Assembly: GCF_018977255.1 (NCBI RefSeq)
Contig: NW_024704742.1
Span: 76,138,001 to 76,202,000 of the forward strand
Direction of reading: 5' to 3'
DNA: 64,000 nt
DNA from: Callorhinchus milii
Taxonomy: Eukaryota
In this document: one piece after another, positions 23,655 through 37,800 of the stretch
How the letters are laid out: every line of letters starts with the position of its first letter
How positions within the stretch are numbered: the first letter of the stretch is position 1
Position numbers and translations under genes: made by a program
Notes under the pieces: generated by a model
Databases searched by the model: none
What the model saw: the letters and a program-made list of their open reading frames with translations, nothing else
What the model was told of the DNA's origin: nothing

Positions 23655-23967
23655 ATAATAATAATAATCCTTGCATTTGATATGGCGCTTTTCACGTCTT
23701 CTAGACGTCTCAAAGCGCTTCACAGAAAATGCTGTAAAGTGAATTGACTGTATATTTGTGGGCAAAACACGGCAGCCAGTTGCGCACAGCAGTGTCCCAC
23801 AAACAGTTGTGGATTGAAAATTAGCAATTTTATTATTGTTTTTTGGAGGGATTATTATTAGGTGTGTGGATTCGGAAACTTGCCCAAAGTTTTGCCCTGC
23901 CTGGAATTGAATCCAGGTGTCTCGCTTGCAAGGCGAGTGCTCCAACCATTGAGCTACAGGACTCCAC
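23655..23967 (-). mobile_element. Young tRNA(Ala)-headed SINE, full length
   Basis: Reverse complement of the 16066 family with intact A/B boxes. Confidence 0.88.
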
Positions 23968-25709
23968 AATACCCTATAGGATCTTGAGTACTTCAAATAA
24001 GATTTCCCTGAGCTGCCTTTAGTGTGAAAGTTCCCAGCTTTCATACCCTCTCATTATAACCTGGGTGTCTAATTCCAGCTATCAATCTAGATCTAGGTGC
24101 CTTTTGTTGCACCCCTTTCAATTACTGTAACACGGTGACCAGAATTATACACAGTATTCCAGCTGAGGTCAGATTGGAATGTAACGTACAGGTAAACCAC
24201 TATCTTACTGATCACAATATTGTAAAATACTGATTTTTTAATTATTAAAACATTACTTGTACAAATGTGGTAACACGGTTTTATTACAGCTTTAATTTTT
24301 TCTACATCACGTGTACAGGAGTAGTTGGGAATTGTATTTCAATGATGCAAGAAAGGCCTTAATTTATTCTTTCAAAGTCAACTGAGCAAATATCTTTAAA
24401 AATATCAGTTACATTTGCATTTTAAGTGATAAACTTAAGGAGGCCTTGTATATTTCAAATAATTCATTTTGGCTGCAACAGAAGAAAAATATTTACTTAT
24501 AAAATCTTTTGCACCCCATCTGTAAACTTGGGAACAATCACCTTCCTTCTATGCATCTTATGCAGTAAATATTAGATTGGAGATATGCAGGAGTGACTAT
24601 TTTCCTTACCTGCTGTGACTAGACCGATGTCCTTCCCATGAGGCATTAGATTGAGTGGGCTATGATCTGCCTGTTAACACTCTGCAGACCAGCAAGTTAA
24701 TGCAACTAACTTGTTATGTTTGGTCTTTTGTCAGTGTTTGCAGATACTTGCTGAACATGAACTCCCAAGTATGAAGACTAAATAGTAGTGTGATTCCACA
24801 TAAGAAGATTGTGCTTGTGTTCTATATCTGTATTGATTTTCAACCTGAATTAGATATAATTTATAAAATCTTCAAGTGGCAAACTTCCTCCTGCAAGAGA
24901 CCCACATACTTTGTAAAAGGTAGGAAGAAGCTCTGAAAACTCCACAAAATTTGCCAATGTGTGGTGCAAGGATAGGAATCTCCTCTATTCAGAGCTTGGT
25001 GTCTACCCTGATTGATATGCAGGGATAAGCAATTGCAAAATGGGAAGGTGAGTGTATTTAAACTATACATGAAGATATCGACAGTGCTGTCACCTATTTC
25101 ACGCTAAATTGTACTAATCAAGATGCCTTGATGATTTCTGACTAACTTGATGAGGAGGTAAATGGCTTCTATGTGGGGCTGAGGGGCGATTGGAATTGAG
25201 TCAAGCTTCTGTGGCAGTTTTCGTACTCTGGTTTCTGAGCCAGGCGAGTGTAGAGCTCAGAAGCACTGCCAGGCCAGTCTGGAGGAACAGGCCAACCACT
25301 AGTATCCCTACTTGGCTTCTATTAACCCTGCAAGGCAAAGAATTAATGGGTGGGGGTGGAGTTCTTAGCTGGAGAAACGGAAGAATTTTGCAGGATAGTG
25401 TTTGCAATGGTTTGCTATCCAGTTTTACAGGTTTAAATTCCAGCAGCACTCCAGCATTGGCTCATTGGCTCTCACCCGTACCTGATACGTTCCAGAATTA
25501 AGTAATCAGTGTGCATCTCTGCAGAGACGATGGACTTTCTGTTCCAGACCAGCAGAATTTTCCATGTGTAGGTGGGGCTCTCTGTCTGGTTTGAATGTTC
25601 ACGCTTGGTGATGGATCTTTGCATGTCATCCAACCAACCAAATTGTGATTCTGAAATGAAAGTCTGCATGTCTTCATCAGACAGCCATTGAGGCACTCAC
25701 TCCTCCCAT

Positions 25710-26947
25710 GGGATCAACTTTGCGACCTCCTTGTCCTCCTGGACCTCTCCGCGGTGTTCGACAGTCGATCACGCCATCCTCCTCCACCGCCTTTCCTCTG
25801 TCATCCACCTCACCTCGCCTGGTTCGAGTCCGACCTCACAAACCGCCAGCAGTACATCTGCACAAACGGCTTCTCCTCCCGCTCTCACCCGGTTACCTGT
25901 GGGGTACCCCAAGGATCCATGCTTGGCCCCCTCCTCTTTCTGATCTATATGTTCCCTCTCGGGGATGTCATCCACAGACATGGGGCACGTTTCCACATGT
26001 ATGCGGACGACACCCAACTCTATTTTTCCACCTCTCTTTGCGACCCCCAGTCCCCTGATGTTCTGTCAGCCTGCCTGTCAGATCTCAGGGACTGGATGAG
26101 CGCAAACTTCCTTTAGCTGAACGTTGACAAGATGGAAGCCATACTCTTTGGCTCTCGTCAACGTCTAAAATCTCATGGCTCTCACCTCCTCCACCTACCC
26201 GACCTCCCCGTAAAACTCTCCGAACCCGTACGCAACTTAGGCGTCAGGTTCGACCCCCAATTATCCTTCCTCCCCACATCCGGTCCCTCACCAGCATCGC
26301 CTTCTACCACCTCCAACGCATCGCCTGTTTCCGACAATACCTCTTCCCAAAAGCTGCTGAAACCCTGGTCCATGCCTTTGTCACCTCTCGGCTGGACTAC
26401 TCTAACACCCTCCTCGCCGGTCTCCCATCCACTACCATCCATAAAATCCCAATCATTCAAAATTCTGCCGCCCGCATTCTCACCCGCACCAAACTCCGCT
26501 CCCCGATCACCCCAGTCCTTGCCAGACTGCACTGGCTGCCTGTCCCAGAGAGGATCAACTTCAAGATCCTCACCCTTGTATTCAAGTCCCTGCACTCCTC
26601 TGCACCCCCCTACCTCTCTGACCTCCTCTCTCCTCAAAACAGTACCCGTTGCCTTTGTTCCTCCAGGTCTGGCCTCCTCCTCATCCCCCGAGTCCTCCGC
26701 TCCACCCTCAGCATCCGTGCCTTCAGCCACTATGCCCCGAGGCTCTGGAACTGCCTTACTCACTCCCTTCGTCTCGCTCCCTCCCTTCCCATTTTCAGTT
26801 CTCTGCTAAAGACCTTTCTTTTCAACCATGCCTTTGGTCACCTTCCTCCCCCTCCCCCTGGCTCGGTCCTGGGATCCGTTACTGTAAAGCGCTCTGAGGC
26901 GCCGTCTGGCGTGGAGGGCGCTATATAAATCCAAGTTGTTGTTGTAG
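25710..26947 (+). mobile_element. 5'-truncated L2-type LINE (RT, frameshifted)
   Basis: LLDLSAVFD, GVPQGSMLGPLLFLIY, HMYADDTQLY, WMSANFL; tail tataaatccaa(GTT)n. Confidence 0.93.
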
Positions 26948-27451
26948 TAGAACTGTTCCTTGCAGCACAGTATAATGTTTCAGGTGTGCAGTTTGAAGCA
27001 GAGGGGATGGGCAGGAGAGTGTTGTTGGAGAAGGTCACAGGAGAGTGACTTGGAAGGGTCTTGGAAGTTGATTCCCTGGGAAACAGTGGAGCCTGGTGAA
27101 GACAGGTGTGATGGGGATGCAAGTAACTGATGTTCGGGAGCATTGTGATCTCCAAGGTAAACGCACTGATTCTAATCTAAGCTTGAAATGTATGGACAAC
27201 TATAAAAGCCCAGCTCCAATGTGTAGGAAATGCTCCAAATTCATAGCAAGTGCCAAGGAAATGAGCACAGTCAGGATGAACCACATTTGTTTGATCCTAG
27301 TAGTTGTAAGCACCACCCACACCTTTTCCTCATAAGTGTTTACTTGTGTTAAAACGCTTAGCCCAATTTCAGCCAGGTCAATTACTGGTAGATTTTTTTT
27401 TAATAAACAAATTTTTCCTTGCATCACTACAGTTTGTTTGCATGACATTTT

Positions 27452-27457
27452 TTTATT
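27452..27457 (-). terminator. Candidate polyadenylation signal, RUFY3 long isoform
   Basis: AATAAA on the minus strand about 1.2 kb after the stop; another candidate lies at 27902-27907. Confidence 0.35.
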
Positions 27458-28697
27458 CAAATGGTATAACAGATACAAACAAATACATCTTAAGTTACAA
27501 TCTAGTCAACCCAGACATTGATCTATACCAGGCCCACAGGAAGCTCAGCTTCACAAAACAATCTCATTCTGGGCCACAGTACGATGCATCAGTTGATCTG
27601 AAATTATAGACCAAACTGAAATAATCTCCTGTTTTAAAAAAAATTGTCAAAATATTTCATTGAAAAGCCTATTAACAATGCTTGTGCAAATGAATCAGGA
27701 AAAATATATTCTGAACCTGGTTAGGTAAAGATAATGAATAATGATATAAAGTCCTGCGAAATCAATGACAAACATGAAAATTCAATTGACGTAAGGCACA
27801 CATTTAAACAGTAATGATCCACAACAAACAAAAACAGTAAAACATTTACCCTAAAAATGCCTTGTGCTCTTGGTCCATTTTGAACCATAGATTTTAACTC
27901 ATTTATTGTCGCACAAACTGTGTTATAGAAATAACCCTGAAATTGGCTCATTTAAATCTACAGTGATAGACATGAGTGACAAAAATACGTGGCCTGTGCT
28001 TAATTTTCCAGTAGCTCTGCTTCCTTCAGTCCACAATCGATTGAGGTCTGTGAAAAAAAATCCTGTCTTACAATTAAGTTAAAAAGTCCCAATAAGATCC
28101 AGTTACTGAATGTTAAATGTTTGATTCACTGCAGAAGCAAAGATTATCCCAGCCTTAAAATGTGCAGTTCAGTGCAATATGCCTGGATTTTAGGGTGCAG
28201 GGAGTCCCGTGTGATGTGAAATTGTTTAACCTTACTTTTAAAACACTATTTTAATTCAACCTCACCTCAAGAATTGAATACTTACCTATGCAATACAACA
28301 TTTTATAAAACATTTCTGATTTCAAAAGACTGCTATAGATTCCAACAGCATATTTAGAGCCTTTTCGGAGGGCTGTACAGAAACATACTTTTGTTGCCAA
28401 GTAAGGCAATGGCATGCACTTTTACTTCTGTTACTAATAACATACAATAATTGGTGTGCTAAAAGATTGTCTTGTTGAAAGTACAACCTTACATCGAATA
28501 TGAAGGAGTGGAGGCTCAAGTCCCTTTAATACAAGATGTTAAGGAATACTTTTAAAAAGTGTGCATTTTTGGAAACATTGTGCAGTTTCACATTCTTTCA
28601 TACAATCAAAGGCAATAAGAGGTATTCACTGTTTTTTTCAAAATGCTTCACAGCATAATAAATGGATGGTTCACTGGTCAGGTAGTTCCAGTCTGTC

Positions 28698-28841
28698 TCA
28701 GGGTGGAGTTGTGGAATACTGCTCCAATAACAGTGTGTGACAAGGATTACACACACGTTCAGGCTTGATTGAGGATGGAAGTGGCAACTCATTGGCGCTA
28801 CATGTATTGCAAAACATCTCCTGACAGTTGTGGCATCGATT
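28698..28841 (-). CDS. RUFY3: RUFY3 long-isoform terminal exon (FYVE-like zinc finger)
   Basis: [47 protein letters not shown]; ttacag|. Confidence 0.93.
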   Translation of the reverse strand, partial: NRCHNCQEMFCNTCSANELPLPSSIKPERVCNPCHTLLLEQYSTTPP

Positions 28842-31800
28842 CTGTAAGAAAGTAAATCAACAAACCAGTTTTTCCACTGTGAGCCTAAAATAAGAAACAA
28901 ATACCTCTGTAATTAATATTTCTGGTTTGAAAACTGAACTTCAGCTCCAATTGGATTTCTTTGAACAAGTTAATGAACGACTAGATTGCATAAGATGTCC
29001 ATAGAGCTCCATGTTTAGGTGGCAATGGTCTAGAAGTCAACAACCACCTTTACCCAGGGATCCTAAACACAGAGTTTAATATTGAATAGCTTGCTGTGAA
29101 GCAATCTGTGACAGGCACTATATAAATCCAAGTTGTTATTATTGATACACAAATCCATTTGAGCTCTTCACAGATGGCAGAAGTCCAAAATAAATGAGAC
29201 TGGGGAAAATATTTTAGAATACTCCAAACACTATATTAAATAGACACCAACACATATTAATTTTTAATGCTCAGGTGGTAACATTTTGGAGATTTAATCT
29301 GTGGGTAAGTTTTAAAGACCGAGTTGTCACTTGAAATTACTTCAGTCAGGGTTTGTATATCTATAAGCAGATAATAACACCAACTTATTTTCTCTCCTGA
29401 AAGACCCCATGGAACAATGATACAGATTTTGATTTGCAATAAGTTTGTACCACATGTAGAATAAGAAATATAATTTATAATAGATTGCATCAAATTGTAA
29501 ATAGTGCTAATAAAATCAGCATTTATTCTGCAAACTCACATTGTGATATCCCCATATGAACAAAACAGCCTCTTACTAAGTTTTCAATTCCTAAACCTTT
29601 ATTGATTTTTTAAAAATTCACTGAACCAAAGAACTACAACCAGTTAGAACTCTGAACACGAGATTAAAAACATGAAATAGTTGAGATGCAGTTAGTAAAG
29701 GTATTCCATGCTCTATGATTGGTCACTTATAAAGCTCACCATGCTCTAAGCATTTATCTCTATCATACCTTGGGCTTTGTGACAGAGGCTTCGTCTTGGC
29801 AGAGATTGCAAACTATATTCACTGCTGTATTCTCACTGCTTTCCAATGACTGATCAGATTCCTGTGAAACACATGGTAACAGTAGACAGATTGTGGCATT
29901 TATGCAATCCCCAATTATAAATCCACATTTAAATAAAACACAGGAAACTGTTTTACTGACCATTTCTACTTTGATTTCTTCAGCAGATCTAAAAATGCAC
30001 AAAAACAAAATGCAAAATTACTCATTTTTTGTGTGCTTGAACTTCATTCTCTGAAAGCAGTTCAACATTAACATATAGCATTATGCAAGACCATTTGCCC
30101 ATTGTGTCTGTGCAGGCTCAAAGAGGAATCTTTTTAGTCCCCATAACCTGTCATTTCCCCACACCCCTAAGGCTGACTCCTTTTCAGGTAATTATCTACC
30201 CTTTGAAAGCTAATTCTGCCTCAATCCCTGCTCTTGGCAGGGCATTCTATATCCTAACCACTGTGTGAGAAAATAATTCTCTCAATTTGGTCATTTTACT
30301 ATCTATCTTAAATTGATGCCCTCTAGTCACTAACTCACCAACCTGTGGAAATAATTTCTCCCTATCGACTCCATCAAAATACCTCATAATTTTAAAAATG
30401 TTTAGTAGGTCACCCCTCAACCTTCTTTATTCCAATTTCTTAAGAGGGGACAAAGGGTAAATTTGAAGAACATTGGAACAATCATAATGCAAAGTCATTC
30501 TCCAGACCAACTATATGTTAGTTTTCATTTAGATATCAGTGATCAAGAGATAATAGTGCCAACAGGTGTTCACACTCTCTCCAAGCAGCTAGACTGATGT
30601 AGGATGGTGGTGGTGATTAATATTGGCCCATCTATTTTACTGTGAACTGGCACGATTGAGGATTTGAAGGCATTTCGGCCCATGTTTTTGTTTTGGGAGA
30701 GAAAATAGAAACTTGAATTTTGGAAGTTCACATACCACAATGATTCAAAACTTTCATTAACAAACTGCACTCACAAAAATTCAGCACAAGTCAGCACACC
30801 GCCGCATTGGTTTGGAGTGTCAACTTAGACTATGTGATTCCAAGTCCCAGCGTGAGGATTGAACCCACAGCCTTCTGACTCAGATGCAAGAGTGCTACTA
30901 ATTTGAATAGTGAAATCAGAGAAGCTGGATCTGTAGCGTTCAACTTCAAACTTGCACATTACAAATTAGCTGGATCCAATCTCGATATTCTTGTTACTCC
31001 AAAGTCTATATTTCCACTGAACTAGCCATTGAATACTTGATAACCTAACTTCTCTGACTTCACCATTGAGAAATGGTGTGGAGGGACAGAAAATTGTGTG
31101 CCTTGTGCCCACTCAACTTGATAGCATCAAATTATACAGTCAATTCATTTTACAGTATATTCTATGAAGCGCTTTGAGACGCTTCTTGAGAAGATGTGAA
31201 AAGCGCTATATCAAATGCAAGGATTATTATAGCAACAAATTTCATTTATATAGCACCTTTCATGTCAGGAAAACGCCCCAAAGTGTTGGGTAAGATAAAT
31301 AATAACGTTTGCAAATTTGACCCCAGCGTCAAATTTCAGCCAAGTCTGACAAATAAAGGTCTCTCTTGGATGCAAATCGTACAGAAATTAATTTGGGAAG
31401 TTCCCCACCCAGTTTCCAGTGAAATGGAATTCACACCCTCAATCTGCAAAACACAGGCTTTCAAGGTGGCTGCTAATGGGAAAAGGCAATATCTATTACA
31501 ATACCTGCATTGGTGTGGGCTTACATTTGGAGGTTTACATTCTGGTCCTTTCCGTAATTTAGCATTTTCTTCTTGGAGCTGTTGTAATTCCTGCCAAATG
31601 ACCCCCCCAAAAAACAAGAACTCTAATTAGTTGACAGCATTCATGGGAGAAATTGCATTGCACATTAATTACTTGCATGTGAAAATGCCACAAACATCTA
31701 CTGGGACATTACAAATCATAAAAGTTAACAATGTACCATATAGCTTACCTATAACAGTGATAGACATTGAGTTTAGGTGATTGGTAGCCAATTGGGCTAC

Positions 31801-34800
31801 TTAACAAACATGACAAATAATAAACCTTGGATTTGATTTAGCGCCTTATCAAGTCTCAAACTGCTTCACAGGATTTTACTGTGAAGTTTAGTGACTGCGT
31901 CTTTGTAGACAAACTCGTTAGCGAATTTGCGAACAAAATTCCCATTGTCCAGCAAACAGCCATGAAGTGAATGATCAGTTTTATTTGGGGAATTGTTGTA
32001 CAGGATAAATTTCCTTCTCTTTTCAAATAGTGACATGGAATCTTTAATGAATGTCCACCTGAACAGGCAGATAGGACCTCAGTCTCATCCAAAGGACGGC
32101 ACCTCTGACAATTACATTCGAATGTCAGCATAGATGAATTAAAAGTGCTGTCGCAAGCTTGAACCCACAACCTTCTGGCTCAAAGACAAGAATGCTAGCA
32201 ACTCAGCCAGGCTGACACCTGACCCAAGTCAGTCGCCCAAATTAGATGATCAAAGACACAAATGCAAAGATTTCTTAGGTTTCATCATAACCAAAGCAGG
32301 TCATTTCAACTCCATATTTAACAGTAATTCAATAGGTTCATACATTTGGTACTGAAGAAGCCATTCAACCTTACATTAAATGATATCAAATGTATCAGAT
32401 GGACTATTAATATGTAGACCATGTAGGGCACAGGATGTTTTGACTTTGACTCTTGGTCTAAAGTCAGTTGAGAAACATAAATTAAAAAAGTGTACAAAAG
32501 TTCAAATATATTAGCAGATTATCAAGTCATGCTGCATTTGCAAGATCAGTCATCCCCTTTGCATTAAAAACTTAAATTAAAAACATTGCAGAAATCTACA
32601 ACAGAAATAGAAAATGTTGGAATTCAACAAGTCAATCAGCTTTAAAAGTGATCATCTGAATCAATAGCCCATTTCTTTCAGATTTTGATTGACCCATTTC
32701 GAACCAACCATATTTTAATATTTCAATATTGTTTTTTGATATACAGATAATTCTTTATTTACCTTCTTCATATCTACGACAAGCTTCGGATAATGTGCTC
32801 CTGTATTCTTGTCTCGATGGGGATCGTTGTGCAAGTTCTGTTTTCGTTCCTTCAAAACCATTTCCCACTGGGAACTAAGAGCAGTGTGATCAGGCAGAGA
32901 GACGGATCCAATTTTCAATAATACCATGAACTTGTTAAATTTTACTGGGCCAAGCTTATACAGATGCAAAAACAATCTAAAATTGTTTGCACTTTGTCTA
33001 GTTCTGCATTTGGATACAGTATTCTTTCTGAAATTCTATTTGTTTTCCATATGAAATTGTACACAAGTCTTACATGTTGCATAAATTCTACTGCTATTCC
33101 TATTTTAGTCAGGATGGTGGATGTTCCTAGGATCATAATTTCTACTGTATGACTAATCAGGATTTTCACAGGAAAGTAGAAAGTCCCACTCATCTGTTCT
33201 TGATTGAACTCTTGCTAGCCATCTTACAAATTACAACAAGCATGGCATGGGTGAGCATTGAGTGCCAGCCGAGGCTAAGATTCAAAACATCGCTCTGGCT
33301 TGAAACCTGTGTTAGAACAAGTCTGTGCTGAAAACTATATAACAGTAATAATTCTTGCATTTGATACAGCGCCTTATAACGTCCTTGAGATGTTTCAAAG
33401 CTTTTCACAGAAAATACTACAAATTGAATTGACTGTATATTTTTGAAGCGAAACATGGCAGCCAATTGCAAAATAGCCTGATCTTCTGGCATTTATCCAG
33501 TTTCCACCCCTACCCCAGCAGAGTGGGTGCAGACACCTACCGCTCCTTTGTCAGTTGCTCCACCTGTAGTTGTAGGCTCTCAATCTTATCACCAAACTCC
33601 TGCTTGAAGTGCCGATTGGCGTCCTCAGCTGAATGCCAGTTTTCCCCCACCTGTCGCAATCTGGATTTGAGCCAGACGAATGTGTGGTAAAACAAAAGCC
33701 ATGGTGGAGGGGAAAGTTTAAACAAAAATAACTCAATGAAACTGAAACAAAAGCATGATGGACTCGAGAAGAAAAGGGGATCCAGGCAGAGGGATTGGTT
33801 TTCTCAAGTGCTTTATTTTGTGCTATTACTACAAGTCACAATAATGATATGGTTATAACAAAACTCACTGTTGACATTTTTTCAGCAAAATGTACTGTGC
33901 ACTGGAAAGAACTCTCTTACAACTCTCAAGACCATAGCATTAAACATTCAAACTATTTATTTTCTTTAAAAAATGCACAGACAGCATAGTGTTAAAGCAG
34001 GCATTGGCTGCACAATTGACTTCTGTATTTCTAATTACAAGACAATCAGTTTTTGTTTAAAGCCAATCTTTAATCGTATCCAGTTCACAATTAAAATTTC
34101 ACATATGCTACTTTGTCCTGGGTCTCCTACGGCAGATTAAACCTGGTTTGGCATCAGTCCATCACTTTAAATAGAATATCATGTTGAACACCCAGGAGTT
34201 TATAATAATAATAGTTGGTTCACAGAAGCACTTCAGGTCCTGAACTTTCACAACAAAATTACCCCTCAAAATATTTGAGCATTACAAAATTCAATTTTCA
34301 GTACTGTACGGGGAGAGGTGGGGGTGGGGGGGTTGGGGGTGCAGAAACATGGCAGCTTTTGGTTCACAAAAACAAAGACAGTGAAACAAACCTATCATCA
34401 GTGGTTGTAGCCCAAGTCAACTCTGAAATGCCAAACCATTCAAAATTATATTTTTATTAAAATGTTTAATATTACAACTTTTCAAAGAACCTCAATGACC
34501 AACTAATCCCTTGCCCTATTGTGAAATACATCATTCACCCCATGGAACAGAAGTGTGTGAACAACCTGATCCTGGAGTGATTACCCAGTTCATCAGTTTT
34601 TTTTTCTCCTTGCATATAAGAGAAGCCTCCATAAGTCTCCATAACTGCTCAACAATGGCAGATTCCCCGATTGTTGTTCCTCTGCCTCTCCTGAACTAGT
34701 CCCTCTGCCTCGCCCCCTCCCTTGCCAACTTAAAGACCCATCTCAAGACCCTCCTCTTCGACCTTGCCTTCGCTTACCCTCCTTCCCACCCTGCCCTCCA

Positions 34801-37800
34801 CCCTCCCGTCCCAAACCCCAGCTCGGGTTCAAAACACTGATTGTCCAGCACTTTGGGACGTCCTCCCGATGTGAAAGGCGCTATATAAATGTAATTTTGT
34901 TGCTACTGTAGGCTCCTCATGCCCGTCATCCTCATCTTCACCAGGCTCCAATATCTCCCTGTCTCCCAGCAGATCGACTTCAAGATCCTTACGTTAACCT
35001 CCAAATCCTTCCACACGCTATCTCTACAACCTCCTCCAGTCCCATTCCACTGCCCACAACCTTTGCTCTGCAAACTCAAGGCAATTTATATGTCACTCAC
35101 ACCTTCTGACTCATCAAGTTTTCAGCCACTTTGCCCTCATTCCCTGGAATTCTCTCTAAAATCCCTTTACCTCACACCCTCTCTCATTCCTTCAAATCTC
35201 TGATAAATCTACCTCTTTGACTGTGCCTTCAGTCACATTCTCCCTAAACCCTTCTTCCCACCCTTTCGACTGTCCATGTAAATTGCTAAGATGTTCTCCT
35301 CGTGAAAAGTATTATATAATTGCAAGCTTCCCAACCCTTCCTTCCACAAGCTGCAGATTATCCAGAACTGCAGCTCGTGTCCTCTCCCACACCAGACTCT
35401 GTGACCCAATCACACCCACCCTCGCCCGGCTCCCCATCCCTCAGAGGACTGAGTTCAAAATCCTCGTCCTCACCTCAAAGGCCCTCCATGGCCTTGCGCC
35501 CTCCTACCTCTCCAACCTGCTAACCCCTTATCAACCTGTCCGCTCTATCCGCTCAGCAGGCTCCGGCCTGTTCCATGTCCCCCGACTGGCCCACCCCACC
35601 ATTGGCAGTTGGGCCTTCAGCCTCTCTCCCCCATCCTCTGGAAATCCATCCCACATTCCCTTCACCTTGCTCCCTCCGTTGCCTCCTTCAAGGCGCGTTT
35701 CAAGACCCTCCTCTTCGACCGTACCTTCGGCCATCCTCCTACGCTCTCTGCCCTCCACCCTCCCTGATCCCAACCCTCCCCACCCCCGCTCAGGTCCTAA
35801 TCCCTGACTGTTCAGCACCTTGGGGCATCCTCCTGACGTGAAATGTAATTTTGTATTGTATTGCCAATCTCATTGTATGGACATCATATTGCTGATTTCC
35901 ACCCACCCTTCCCCATGCGTTTTATCATATGGCACTCAACATAAGGACAAGGGCAATTGTCTGGGAAAGATGTGGAACTTAATTTCAGGTAGATTGGTGT
36001 ATAACTTTCAGTGAAATTTAGCTGATCTTTGCGGGCCTGCCTCTTTGAAACACAATAAAATCTGAATTGGGTTTGTGGGGCTCCTAGCTTCAATCATCCC
36101 AAACCCAAAGTCTCAAAAGCTGTCCCCTATGATGGTTTGTTATGGAATCTGACAACTCTGCATGTTCCACGATCCTTTAAGAATGTGCAAGAGTCGAGAA
36201 AGGAATCAATCAATTTGGTGCACAGTATTTCCAGATCTAAATAAATTGGTAGCAGAAGAACAAAAGCAACCCTTCCGAATGGATGGGAGCAAGTGAAAAT
36301 TTATAAATCATAGAAAAATATTGGGTAGAAGGTACAATAATAACAGGGCTCCACTGTACATATTTGTTTACAATGTCTTCCTTTGTTTAAGGTTTTGTTT
36401 AATCATAGACTAAAGGGCAAGGGCATGCACTGCAACACCAGTGACATCTTACACTTTGGGCTACTTTATTCACCATATAGCAAGGGGTTTTAAAGCCAGC
36501 CTTTTTGGTGAAGACAAACTATTCAATGCAACACAACTAACAAAACAAAGGCATTTGGGACCATACCAGTAGAAAATAAACCAACCAAGAAAATCATAGA
36601 AATGGTGCCCCCAAAAAACTCTACGTGAAACATGAATTATTCAAATACTAGAATCATCATCAACTTTCTTAGTCGACTTTTAATTGAATATTTAAAAATA
36701 TATGTTTCACACTGCAAACTGTAACCATAGCTTTATCAGATTTTCCATTAATAAAATTGATGCCAGACTGGTCGGGTAGCTTGACCCTCGATGCCTAGTG
36801 CTTCTGCACAAGTTTTCCAGCTGCAAGGTTTAGGTTCCTAGCCAGTTTCACCACATCACTTTCACTTTGGGATTGGAGGGAGGTAGGGGTGAGAGGAACG
36901 AGGACATCGTAAAACCGAAGAGGAAGGAAGATGATGAAAAATAAGGAAAGGTATACGAAGAGAGAGGGAAGAGAGGAAACAGCAGTTTCATTAATACGTC
37001 TGGAGTTGTAGGTTGGAAGAAAAAAAAATGTTACTTCAATAGTACATATAAAACTTTTCATCATGAATTTGGGCTCGACATTATCAAGTGCCTCCACAGT
37101 GCTGGCTTCCAGGTGGCGTTTGTAAGGACAAGTGCCTCGGATGGTTGTCTGATAGTACAGAACCTTCCCTTTCTCACCTGCTTCACATGTAGCCAAATCC
37201 TCACCCATATAAGGGAGAAATCAGAGGCAAGGACCTGGGGGGTGGTGACGGGGGGCAAGGAAATTGGGTCTGGAGGGAGGTGGAGAGTCAAGAACACTGA
37301 CTGATGGAGACAGAAAATAAATGCGTCTGCATGAATATCTTTTTTATTTTCTAATGAAATACTTGAAGCACAAATTTCAGTGACCTACTAAACGAGTGTC
37401 CGTTATTAATTGGGCAAAACCAGCAAAATAATTTGATGCTGGACGTTAACCCAGCTGGTGATGCTTTCACCACTAAACGTAATCCTCCCCCATCCCTCTT
37501 CTCCTTTGATACTGTAAAAGGAAGTTGTGGTTGAACCCAGGGATATAAAGTGAAGATACAAATCATGCAAATTCATTAACGCACACTGGTAAAAAAGCAA
37601 TATGCAGGCATCTGAAGCACTGGTGCACAACATTTTGTAATGTTGAGCCCCCTTGTTTATTGCAGGACTTAGAACTCTGCACATACTGTACGACCACCCT
37701 TTCACCAGCGAAACATCTACTTTGTTTTTTTACAGAATATTTTCAGATTAGCACCATCCCAGCAAGTTTACCCAATTTGCATTTCAATTGTTGCACAATG

